From Eledone cirrhosa (taxonomy: Eukaryota): a DNA stretch of 64,000 nucleotides. The notes under the pieces were generated by a model. It did no database searches. It was not told where the DNA came from and was given only the letters and a program-made list of their open reading frames with translations. Positions 1 to 12,400 of the stretch are shown here, piece after piece; the stretch's first letter is position 1, and the number at the start of each line of letters is the position of its first letter. The translations under genes were made by a program, and so were the position numbers. The stretch lies in contig OZ024743.1 of assembly GCA_964016885.1 (NCBI GenBank), positions 21,514,001 through 21,578,000 of the forward strand, in the 5' to 3' direction.

Positions 1-3000
1 TATATATAATAGCAAAAATACAGTGCTGGGTAGAGGTGAGAACACTATGGTAGCTGGATTATTAAACCATTTATATATAATAGTAAAAATACATTGCTGG
101 GTAGAGGTGAGAACACTATGGTAGCTGGATCATTAAACCATTTATATATAATAGTAAACATAGAGTGCTGGATAGAGGTGAGAACACTATGGTAGCTGGA
201 TTATTAAACCATTTATATATAATATTAAAAATACAGTGCTGGGTAGAGGTGAGAACACTATGGTAGCTGGATCATTAAACCATTTATATATAATAGTAAA
301 AATACAGTGCTGGGCAGAGGTGAGAACACTATGTTTGCTGGATTATTAAACCATTTATATATAATAGTAAAAATACATTACTGGGCAGAGGTGAGAACAC
401 TATGGTAGCTGGATCATTAAACCATTTATATATAATAGTAAACATAGAGTGCTGGGCAGAGGTGAGAACACTATGGTAGCTGGATTATTAAACCATTTAT
501 ATATAATAGTAAAAATACAGTGCTGGGCAGAGGTGAGAACACTATGGTAGCTGGATTATTAAACCATTTATATATAATAGTAAAAATAGAGTGCTGGGCA
601 GAGGTGAGAATACTATGGTAGCTGGATTATTAAACCATTTATATATAATAATTTCTACTTTAGGCACAAGGCCAGCAATTACCCAGTGCATTACTGGTAC
701 TTTATTTTATCGACCCCGTAAAGTTGAAAGGCAAAGTCAACCTCGGCAGGTAGTAAAAATACAGTGCTGGATAGGGGTGAGGACACTATGGTAGCTGGAT
801 TATTAAACCATTTATATATAATAGTAAAAATACAGTGCTGGGCAGAGGTGAGAACACTATGTTTGCTGGATTATTAAACCATTTATATATAATAGTAAAA
901 ATACATTGCTGGGCAGAGGTGAGAACACTATGGTAGCTGGATCATTAAACCATTTATATATAATAGTAAAAATACAGTGCTGGGTAGAGGTGAGAACACT
1001 ATGGTAGCTGGATTATTAAACCATTTATATATAATAGTAAAAATACAGTGCTGGGCAAAGGTGAGAACACTATGGTAGCTGGATTATTAAACCATTTATA
1101 TATAATAGTAAAAATACAGTGCTGGGCAGAGGTGAGAACACTATGGTAGCTGGATTATTAAACCATTTATATATGATAGTAAAAATAGAGTGCTGGGTAG
1201 AGGTGAGAACACTATGGTATCTGGATTATTAAACCATTTATATATAATAGTAAAAATAGAGTTCTTTTCAGAGGGGAGAACACTATGGTAGCTGGATTAT
1301 TAAACCATTTATATATAATAGTAAAAATACAGTGCTGGGTAGAGGTGAGAACACTATGGTAGCTGGATCATTAAACCATTTATATATAATAGTAAAAATA
1401 CAGTGCTGGGCAAAGGTGAGAACACTATGGTAGCTGGATTATTAAACCATTTATATATAATAGTAAACATACAGTGCTGGGCAGAGGTGAGAACACTATG
1501 GTAGCTGGATTATTAAACCATTTATATATAATAGTAAAAATAGAGTTCTTTTCAGAGGGAAGAACACTATGGTAGCTGGATTATTAAACCATTTATATAT
1601 AATAGTAAAAATACAGTGCTGGGCAGAGGTGAGAACACTATGGTTGCTGGATTATTAAACCATTTATATATAATAGTAAAAATACAGTGCTGGGTAGAGG
1701 TGAGAACACTATGGTAGCTGGATTATTAAACCATTTATATATAATAGCAAAAATACAGTGCTGGGTAGAGGTGAGAACACTATGGTAGCTGTATTATTAA
1801 ACCATTTATATATAATAGTAAAAATACATTGCTGGGTAGAGGTGAGAACACTATGGTAGCTGGATCATTAAACCATTTATATATAATAGTAAACATAGAG
1901 TGCTGGGCGGAGGTGAGAACACTATGGTTGTTGGATTATTAAACCATTTATATATAATGGTAAAAATACAGTGCTGGGTAGAGGTGAGAACACTATGGTA
2001 CCTGGATCATTAAACCATTTATATATAATAGTAAAAATACATTGCTGGGTAGAGGTGAGAACACTATGGTAGCTGGATCATTAAACCATTTATATATAAT
2101 AGTAAACATAGAATGCTGGGCAGAGGTGAGAACACTATGGTAGATGGATTATTAAACCATTTATATATAATGGTAAAAATACAGTGCTGGGCAAAGGTGA
2201 GAACACTATGGTAGCTGGATTATTAAACCATTTATATATAATAGTAAAAATACAGTGCTGGGCAGAGGTGAGAACACTATGGTAGCTGGATTATTAAACC
2301 ATTTATATATAATAGTAAAAATACAGTGCTGGGTAGAGGTGAGAACACTATGGTAGCTGGATTATTAAACCATTTATATATAATAGTAAAAATACAGTGC
2401 TGGGCAGAGGTGAGAACACTATTGTAGCTGGATTATTAAACCATTTATATATAATAGTAAAAATACAGTGCTGGGCAAAGGTGAGAACACTATGGTAGCT
2501 GGATTATTAAAACATTTATATATTATAGTAAAAATACAGTGTTGGGCAGAGGTGAGAACACTATGGTAGCTGGATTATTAAACCATTTATATATAATAGT
2601 AAAAATACAGTGCTGGGTAGATGTGAGAACACTATGGTAGCTGGATTATTAAACCATTTATATATAATAGTAAAAATACAGTGCTGGGCAGAGGTGAGAA
2701 CACCATGGTAGCTGGATTATTAAACCATTTATATATAATAATTTCTACTTTAGGATAAAAGGCCAGCAATTACCTAGTGCATTACTGGTACTTTATTTTA
2801 TCGACCCCGTAAAGATGAAAGGCAAAGTCAACCTCGGCGGGTAGTAAAAATACAGTGCTGGGTAGAGGTGAGAACACTATGGTAGCTGGATTATTAAACC
2901 ATTTATATATAATAATTTCTACTTTAGGCACAAGGCCAGCAATTACCCAGTGCATTACTGGTACTTTATTTCATCGACCCCGTAAAGATGAAAGGCAAAG

Positions 3001-3324
3001 TCAACCTCGGCGGGTAGTAAAAATACAGTGCTGGGTAGAGGTGAGAACACTATGGTAGCTGGATTATTAAACCATTTATATATAATAGTAAAAATACAGT
3101 GCTGGGCAGAGGTGAGAACACTATGGTAGCTGGATTATTAAACCATTTATATATAATAGTAAAAATACAGTGCTGGGTAGGTGAGAACACTATGGTAGCT
3201 GGATTATTAAACCATTTATATATAATTGTTTCTACTTGTGGCACAAGGCCAGCAATTACCCAGTGCATTACTGGTACTTTATTTTATCGACCCCCTAAGG
3301 ATGAAAGGCAAAGTCAACCTCAGC

Positions 3325-3337
3325 GGGATTTGAACTC
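3325..3337 (-). promoter_or_regulatory. RNA polymerase III internal promoter B-box of the SINE
   Basis: Minus-strand GAGTTCAAATCCC matches GTTCRANNC and lies about 50 nt downstream of the A-box. Confidence 0.8.
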
Positions 3338-3388
3338 AGATCGTAACGGGACGTAACTATACTGGAAAGCATGGCGTCCGACCCTCTA

Positions 3389-3400
3389 CCGATACTGCCA
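3389..3400 (-). promoter_or_regulatory. RNA polymerase III internal promoter A-box of the SINE
   Basis: Minus-strand TGGCAGTATCGG lies 7 nt from the element 5' end and resembles the TRGCNNARYNNG consensus. Confidence 0.7.
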
Positions 3401-6400
3401 ATCCACCATTTATATATAATAGTAAAAATAGAGCGCTGGGCAGAGGTGAGAACACTGTGGTAGCTGGATTATTAAACCATTTATATACAAAAGTAAAATA
3501 CAGTGCTAGGCAGAGGTGAGAACACTATGGTAGCTGGATTATTAAACTATTTATATATAATAGTAAAAATAGAGTGCTGGGCAGAGATGAGAACACTATG
3601 GTAGCTGGATTATTAAACCATTTATATATAATAGTAAAAATACAGTGCTGGGCAGAGGTGAGAACACTATGGTAGCTGGATTATAAAACTATTTATATAC
3701 AAAAGTAAAATACAGTGCTAGGCAGAGGTGAGAACACTATGGTAGCTGGATTATTAAACCATTTATATATAATAGTAAAAATAGAGTGCTGGGCAGAGAT
3801 GAGAACACTATGGTAGCTGGATTATTAAACCATTTATATATAATAGTAAAAATACAGTGCTGGGCAGAGGTGAGAACACTGTGGTAGCTGGATTATTAAA
3901 CCATTTATATATAATAGTAAAAATAGAGTGCTGGGCAGAGGTGAGAACACTATGGTAGCTGGATTATAAAACTATTTATATACAAAAGTAAAATACAGTG
4001 CTAGGCAGAGGTGAGAACACTATGGTAGCTGGATTATTAAACTATTTATATATAATAGTAAAAATACAGTGCTGGGCAGAGGTGAGAACACTGTGGTAGC
4101 TGGATTATTATACCATTTATATATAATAGTAAAAATAGAGTGCTGGGCAGAGATGAGAACACTATGGTAGCTGGATTATTAAACCATTTATATATAATAG
4201 TAAAAATAGAGTGCTGGGCAGAGATGAGAACACTATGGTAGCTGGATTATTAAACTATTTATATATAATAGTAAAAATAGAGTGCTGGGCAGAGATGAGA
4301 ACACTATGGTAGCTGGATTATTAAACCATTTATATATAATAGTAAAAATACAGTGCTGGGCAGAGATGAGAATACTATGGTAGCTGGATTATTAAATCAT
4401 TTATATATAATAATTTCTACTTTAGGCACAAAGCCAGCAATTACCCAGTGCATTACTGGTACTTTATTTTATCGACCCCGTAAAGATGAAAGGCAAAGTC
4501 AACCTCGGCGGGTAGTAAAAATACAGTGCTGGGTAGAGGTGAGAACACTATGTTTGCTGGATTATTAAACCATTTATATATAATAGTAAAAATACATTGC
4601 TGGGCAGAGGTGAGAACACTATGGTAGCTGGATCATTAAACCATTTATATATAATAGTAAAAATACAGTGCTGGGCAGAGGTGAGAACACTATGTTTGCT
4701 GGATTATTAAACCATTTATATATAATAGTAAAAATACATTGCTGGGCAGAGGTGAGAACACTATGGTAGCTGGATCATTAAACCATTTATATATAATAGT
4801 AAAAATACAGTGCTGGGTAGAAGTGAGAACACGATGGTACCTGGATCATTAAACCATTTATATATAATAGTAAAAATACATTGCTGGGTAGAGGTGAGAA
4901 CACTATGGTAGCTGGATCATTAAACCATTTATATATAATAGTAAAAATAGAGTGCTGGGCAGAGGTGAGAACACTATGGTAGCTGGATTATTAAACATTT
5001 TATATATAATAGTAAAAATACAGTGCTGGGCAAAGGTGAGAACACTATGGTAGCTGGATTATTAAACCATTTATATATAATAGTAAAAATACAGTGCTGG
5101 GCAGAGGTGAGAACACTATGGTAGCTGGATTATTAAACCATTTATATATAATAGTAAAAATACAGTGCTGGGTAGAGGTGAGAACACTATGGTACCTGGA
5201 TCATTAAACCATTTATATATAATAGTAAAAATACATTGCTGGGTAGAGGTGAGAACACTATGGTAGCTGGATTATTAAACCATTTATATATAATAGTAAA
5301 AATAGAGTTCTTTTCAGAGGGAAGAACACTATGGTAGCTGGATTATTAAACCATTTATATATAATAGTAAAAATACAGTGCTGGGCAGAGGTGAGAACAC
5401 TATGGTAGCTGGATTATTAAACCATTTATATATAATAATTTCTACTTTAGGCACAAGGCCAGCAATTACCTAGTGCATTACTGGTACTTTATTTTATCGA
5501 CCCCGTAAAGATGAAAGGCAAAGTCAACCTCGGCGGGTAGTAAAAATACAGTGCTGGGTAGAGGTGAGAACACTATGGTAGCTGGATTATTAAACCATTT
5601 ATATATAATAGTAAAAATAGAGTTCTTTTCAGAGGGAAGAACACTATGGTAGCTGGATTATTAAACCATTTATATATAATAGTAAAAATACAGTGCTGGG
5701 CAGAGGTGAGAACACTATGGTTGCTGGATTATTAAACCATTTATATATAATAGTAAAAATACAGTGCTGGGTAGAGGTGAGAACACTATGGTAGCTGGAT
5801 TATTAAACCATTTATATATAATAGCAAAAATACAGTGCTGGGTAGAGGTGAGAACACTATGGTAGCTGGATTATTAAACCATTTATATATAATAGTAAAA
5901 ATACATTGCTGGGTAGAGGTGAGAACACTATGGTAGCTGGATCATTAAACCATTTATATATTATAGTAAACATAGAGTGCTGGGTTGAGGTGAGAACACT
6001 ATGGTAGCTGGATTATTAAACCATTTATATATAATATTAAAAATACAGTGCTGGGTAGAGGTGAGAACACTATGGTAGCTGGATCATTAAACCATTTATA
6101 TATAATAGTAAAAATAGAGTGCTGGGCAGAGGTGAGAACACTATGTTTGCTGGATTATTAAACCAATTATATATAATAGTAAAAATACATTACTGGGCAG
6201 AGGTGAGAACACTATGGTAGCTGGATCATTAAACCATTTATATATAATAGTAAAAATACATTGCTGGGTAGAGGTGAGAGCACTATGGTAGCTGGATCAT
6301 TAAACCATTTATATATAATAGTAAACATAGAGTGCTGGGCAGAGGTGAGAACACTATGGTTGCTGGATTATTAAAGCATTTATATATAATAGTAAAAATA

Positions 6401-9400
6401 CAGTGCTGGGTAGAGGTGAGAACACTATGGTAGCTGGATTATTAAACCATTTATATATAATAGTAAAAATACAGTGCTGGGTAGAGGTGAGAACACTATG
6501 GTACCTGGATCATTAAACCATTTATATATAATAGTAAAAATACATTGCTGGGTAGAGGTGAGAACACTATGGTAGCTGGATCATTAAACCATTTATATAT
6601 AATAGTAAACATAGAGTGCTGGGCAGAGGTGAGAACACTATGGTAGCTGGATTATTAAACCATTTATATATAATAGTAAAAATACAGTGCTGGGCAGAGG
6701 TGAGAACACTATGGTAGCTGGATTATTAAACCATTTATATATAATAGTAAAAATAGAGTGCTGGGCAGAGGTGAGAATACTATGGTAGCTGGATTATTAA
6801 ACCATTTATATATAATAATTTCTACTTTAGGCACAAGGCCAGCAATTACCCAGTGCATTACTGGTACTTTATTTTATCGACCCCGTAAAGGTGAAAGGCA
6901 AAGTCAACCTCGGCGGGTAGTAAAAATACAGTGCTGGATAGGGGTGAGAACACTATGGTAGCTGGATTATTAAACCATTTATATATAATAGTAAAAATAC
7001 AGTGCTGGGCAGAGGTGAGAACACTATGGTAGCTGGATTATTAAACCATTTATATATGATAGTAAAAATAGAGTGCTGGGTAGAGGTGAGAACACTATGG
7101 TAGCTGGATTATTAAACCATTTATATATAATAGTAAAAATACAGTGCTGGGCAGAGGTGAGAACACTATGGTATCTGGATTATTAAACCATTTATATATA
7201 ATAGTAAAAATAGAGTTCTTTTCAGAGGGGAGAACACTATGGTAGCTGGATTATTAAACCATTTATATATAATAGTAAAAATACAGTGCTGGGTAGAGGT
7301 GAGAACACTATGGTACCTGGATCATTAAACCATTTATATATAATAGTAAAAATACATTGCTGGGTAGAGGTGAGAACACTATGGTAGCTGGATCATTAAA
7401 CCATTTATATATAATAGTAAAAATACAGTGCTGGGCAAAGGTGAGAACACTATGGTAGCTGGATTATTAAACCATTTATATATAATAGTAAAAATAGAGT
7501 TCTTTTCAGAGGGAAGAACACTATGGTAGCTGGATTATTAAACCATTTATATATAATAGTAAAAATACAGTGCTGGGCAGAGGTGAGAACACTGTGGTAG
7601 CTGGATTATTAAACCATTTATATATAATAGTAAAAATACAGTGCTGGGCAGAGGTGAGAACACTGTGGTAGCTGGATTATTAAACCATTTATATATAATA
7701 GTAAAAATACAGTGCTGGGCAGAGGTGAGAACACTGTGGTAGCTGGATTATTAAACCATTTATATATAATAGTAAAAATACAGTGCTGGGCAGAGGTGAG
7801 AACACCATGGTAGCTGGATTATTAAACCATTTATATATAATAATTTCTACTTTAGGCACAAGGCCAGCAATTACCTAGTGCATTACTGGTACTTTATTTT
7901 ATCGACCCCGTAAAGATGAAAGGCAAAGTCAACCTCGGCGGGTAGTAAAAATACAGTGCTGGGTAGAGGTGAGAACACTATGGTAGCTGGATTATTAAAC
8001 CATTTATATATAATAGTAAAAATACAGTGCTGGGCAGAGGTGAGAACACTATGGTTGCTGGATTATTAAACCATTTATATATAATAGTAAAAATACAGTG
8101 CTGGGTAGAGGTGAGAACACTATGGTAGCTGGATTATTAAACCATTTATATATAATAGCAAAAATACAGTGCTGGGTAGAGGTGAGAACACTATGGTAGC
8201 TGGATTATTAAACCATTTATATATAATAGTAAAAATACATTGCTGGGTAGAGGTGAGAACACTATGGTAGCTGGATCATTAAACCATTTATATATAATAG
8301 TAAACATAGAGTGCTGGGCGGAGGTGAGAACACTATGGTTGTTGGATTATTAAACCATTTATATATAATAGTAAAAATACAGTGCTGGGTAGAGGTGAGA
8401 ACACTATGGTACCTGGATCATTAAACCATTTATATATAATAGTAAAAATACATTGCTGGGTAGAGGTGAGAACACTATGGTAGCTGGATCATTAAACCAT
8501 TTATATATAATAGTAAACATAGAATGCTGGGCAGAGGTGAGAACACTATGGTAGCTGGATTATTAAACCATTTATATATAATGGTAAAAATACAGTGCTG
8601 GGCAAAGGTGAGAACACTATGGTAGCTGGATTATTAAACCATTTATATATAATAGTAAAAATACAGTGCTGGGCAGAGGTGAGAACACTATGGTAGCTGG
8701 ATTATTAAACCATTTATATATGATAGTAAAAATAGAGTGCTGGGCAGAGGTGAGAACACTATGGTAGCTGGATTATTAAACCATTTATATATGATAGTAA
8801 AAATATAGTGCTGGGCAGAGGTGAGAACACTATGGTATCTGGATTATTAATCCATTTATATATAATAGTAAAAATAGAGTTCTTTTCAGAGGGGAGAACA
8901 CTATGGTAGCTGGATTATTAAACCATTTATATATAATAGTAAAAATACAGTGCTGGGTAGAGGTGAGAACACTATGGTAGCTGGATTATTAAAACATTTA
9001 TATATTATAGTAAAAATAGAGTGCTGGGCAGAGGTGAGAACACTATGGTAGCTGGATTATTAAAACATTTATATATTATAGTAAAAATACAGTGCTGGGT
9101 AGAGGTGAGAACACTATGGTAGCTGGATTATTAAAACATTTATATATTATAGTAAAAATACAGTGTTGGGCAGAGGTGAGAACACTATGGTAGCTGGATT
9201 ATTAAACCATTTATATATAATAGTAAAAATACAGTGCTGGGTAGAGGTGAGAACACTATGGTAGCTGGATTATTAAACCATTTATATATAATAGTAAAAA
9301 TACAGTGCTGGGTAGATGTGAGAACACTATGGTAGCTGGATTATTAAACCATTTATATATAATAGTAAAAATACAGTGCTGGGCAGAGATGAGAACACCA

Positions 9401-12400
9401 TGGTAGCTGGATTATTAAACCATTTATATATAATAGTAAAAATACAGTGCTGGGCAGAGGTGAGAACACCATGGTAGCTGGATTATTAAACCATTTATAT
9501 ATAATAATTTCTACTTTAGGATAAAAGGCCAGCAATTACCTAGTGCATTACTGGTACTTTATTTTATCGACCCCGTAAAGATGAAAGGCAAAGTCAACCT
9601 CGGCGGGTAGTAAAAATACAGTGCTGGGTAGAGGTGAGAACACTATGGTAGCTGGATTATTAAACCATTTATATATAATAGCAAAAATACAGTGCTGGGT
9701 AGAGGTGAGAACACTATGTTTGCTGGATTATTAAACCATTTATATATAATAGTAAAAATACATTGCTGGGCAGAGGTGAGAACACTATGGTAGCTGGATC
9801 ATTAAACCATTTATATATAATAGTAAAAATACAGTGCTGGGTAGAGGTGAGAACACTATGGTAGCTGGATTATTAAACCATTTATATATAATAGTAAAAA
9901 TACAGTGCTGGGCAAAGGTGAGAACACTATGGTAGCTGGATTATTAAACCATTTATATATAATAGTAAAAATACAGTGCTGGGCAGAGGTGAGAACACTA
10001 TGGTAGCTGGATTATTAAACCATTTATATATGATAGTAAAAATAGAGTGCTGGGTAGAGGTGAGAACACTATGGTATCTGGATTATTAAACCATTTATAT
10101 ATAATAGTAAAAATAGAGTTCTTTTCAGAGGGGAGAACACTATGGTAGCTGGATTATTAAACCATTTATATATAATAGTAAAAATACAGTGCTGGGTAGA
10201 GGTGAGAACACTATGGTACCTGGATCATTAAACCATTTATATATAATAGTAAAAATACATTGCTGGGTAGAGGTGAGAACACTATGGTAGCTGGATCATT
10301 AAACCATTTATATATAATAGTAAAAATACAGTGCTGGGCAAAGGTGAGAACACTATGGTAGCTGGATTATTAAACCATTTATATATAATAGTAAAAATAG
10401 AGTTCTTTTCAGAGGGAAGAACACTATGGTAGCTGGATTATTAAACCATTTATATATAATAGTAAAAATAGAGTGCTGGGTAGAGGTGAGAACACTATGG
10501 TATCTGGATTATTAAACCATTTATATATAATAGTAAAAATAGAGTTCTTTTCAGAGGGAAGAACACTATGGTAGCTGGATTATTAAACCATTTATATATA
10601 ATAGTAAAAATAGAGTGCTGGGTAGAGGTGAGAACACTATGGTATCTGGATTATTAAACCATTTATATATAATAGTAAAAATACATTGCTGGGTAGAGGT
10701 GAGAACACTATGGTAGCTGGATTATTAAACCATTTATATATAATAGTAAAAATAGAGTTCTTTTCAGAGGGAAGAACACTATGGTAGCTGGATTATTAAA
10801 CCATTTATATATAATAGTAAAAATACAGTGCTGGGCAGAGGTGAGAACACTGTGGTAGCTGGATTATTAAACCATTTATATATAATAGTAAAAATACAGT
10901 GCTGGGCAGAGGTGAGAACACTATGGTAGCTGGATTATTAAACCATTTATATATAATAATTTCTACTTTAGGCACAAGGCCAGCAATTACCTAGTGCATT
11001 ACTGGTACTTTATTTTATCGACCCCGTAAAGATGAAAGGCAAAGTCAACCTCGGCGGGTAGTAAAAATACAGTGCTGGGTAGAGGTGAGAAAACTATGGT
11101 AGCTGGATTATTAAACCATTTATATATAATAGTAAAAATACAGTGCTGGGCAGAGGTGAGAACACTATGGTTGCTGGATTATTAAACCATTTATATATAA
11201 TAGTAAAAATACAGTGCTGGGTAGAGGTGAGAACACTATGGTAGCTGGATTATTAAACCATTTATATATAATAGTAAAAATAGAGCGCTGGGCAGAGGTG
11301 AGAACACTATGGTAGCTGGATTATTAAACCATTTATATATAATAGCAAAAATACAGTGCTGGGTAGAGGTGAGAACACTATGGTAGCTGGATTATTAAAC
11401 CATTTATATATAATAGTAAAAATAGAGCGCTGGGCAGAGGTGAGAACACTATGGTAGCTGGATTATTAAACCATTTATATATAATAGCAAAAATACAGTG
11501 CTGGGTAGAGGTGAGAACACTATGGTAGCAGGATTATTAAACCATTTATATATAATAGTAAAAATAGAGCGCTGGGCAGAGGTGAGAACACTATGGTAGC
11601 TGGATTATTAAACCATTTATATATAATAGCAAAAATACAGTGCTGGGTAGAGGTGAGAACACTATGGTAGCAGGATTATTAAACCATTTATATATAATAG
11701 TAAAAATACATTGCTGGGTAGAGGTGAGAACACTATGGTAGCTGGATCATTAAACCATTTATATATAATAGTAAACATAGAGTGCTGGGCGGAGGTGAGA
11801 ACACTATGGTTGTTGGATTATTAAACCATTTATATATAATAGTAAAAATACAGTGCTGGGTAGAGGTGAGAACACTATGGTACCTGGATCATTAAACCAT
11901 TTATATATAATAGTAAAAATACATTGCTGGGTAGAGGTGAGAACACTATGGTAGCTGGATCATTAAACCATTTATATATAATAGTAAACATAGAATGCTG
12001 GGCAGAGGTGAGAACACTATGGTAGCTGGATTATTAAACCATTTATATATAATGGTAAAAATACAGTGCTGGGCAAAGGTGAGAACACTATGGTAGCTGG
12101 ATTATTAAACCATTTATATATAATAGTAAAAATACAGTGCTGGGCAGAGGTGAGAACACTATGGTAGCTGGATTATTAAACCATTTATATATGATAGTAA
12201 AAATAGAGTGCTGGGCAGATGTGAGAAAACTATGGTATCTGGATTATTAATCCATTTATATATAATAGTAAAAATAGAGTTCTTTTCAGAGGGGAGAACA
12301 CTATGGTAGCTGGATTATTAAACCATTTATATATAATAGTAAAAATACAGTGCTGGGTAGAGGTGAGAACACTATGGTAGCTGGATTATTAAAACATTTA

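Larger units (their letters stand above)
3227..3407 (-). mobile_element. Full-length tRNA-derived SINE (~180 bp) inserted in the satellite
   Basis: The minus strand reads GGTGGAT-TGGCAGTATCGG (A-box-like) ... GAGTTCAAATCCC (B-box) ... GACTTTGCCTTTCATCCTTAGGGGGTCGATAAAATAAAGTACCAG (body) ... GGCCTTGTGCCACAAGTAGAAACA. It is flanked by the direct repeat ACCATTTATATATAAT at 3211-3226 and 3405-3420. It has no coding capacity. Confidence 0.9.
3211..3420 (+). repeat. Target-site duplication flanking the SINE (ACCATTTATATATAAT at 3211-3226 and 3405-3420)
   Basis: An exact 16-bp direct repeat of satellite sequence lies on both sides. The right copy lacks the preceding monomer part (GGATTATTAA). The TSD is 13 bp if ACC at 3405-3407 belongs to the SINE 5' end. 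Confidence 0.85.

Noticed and set aside
3320-3407. Functional tRNA gene
   Set aside because: A- and B-boxes are present, but I could not build a convincing cloverleaf or acceptor stem. The sequence continues into a SINE body and is bounded by a TSD.
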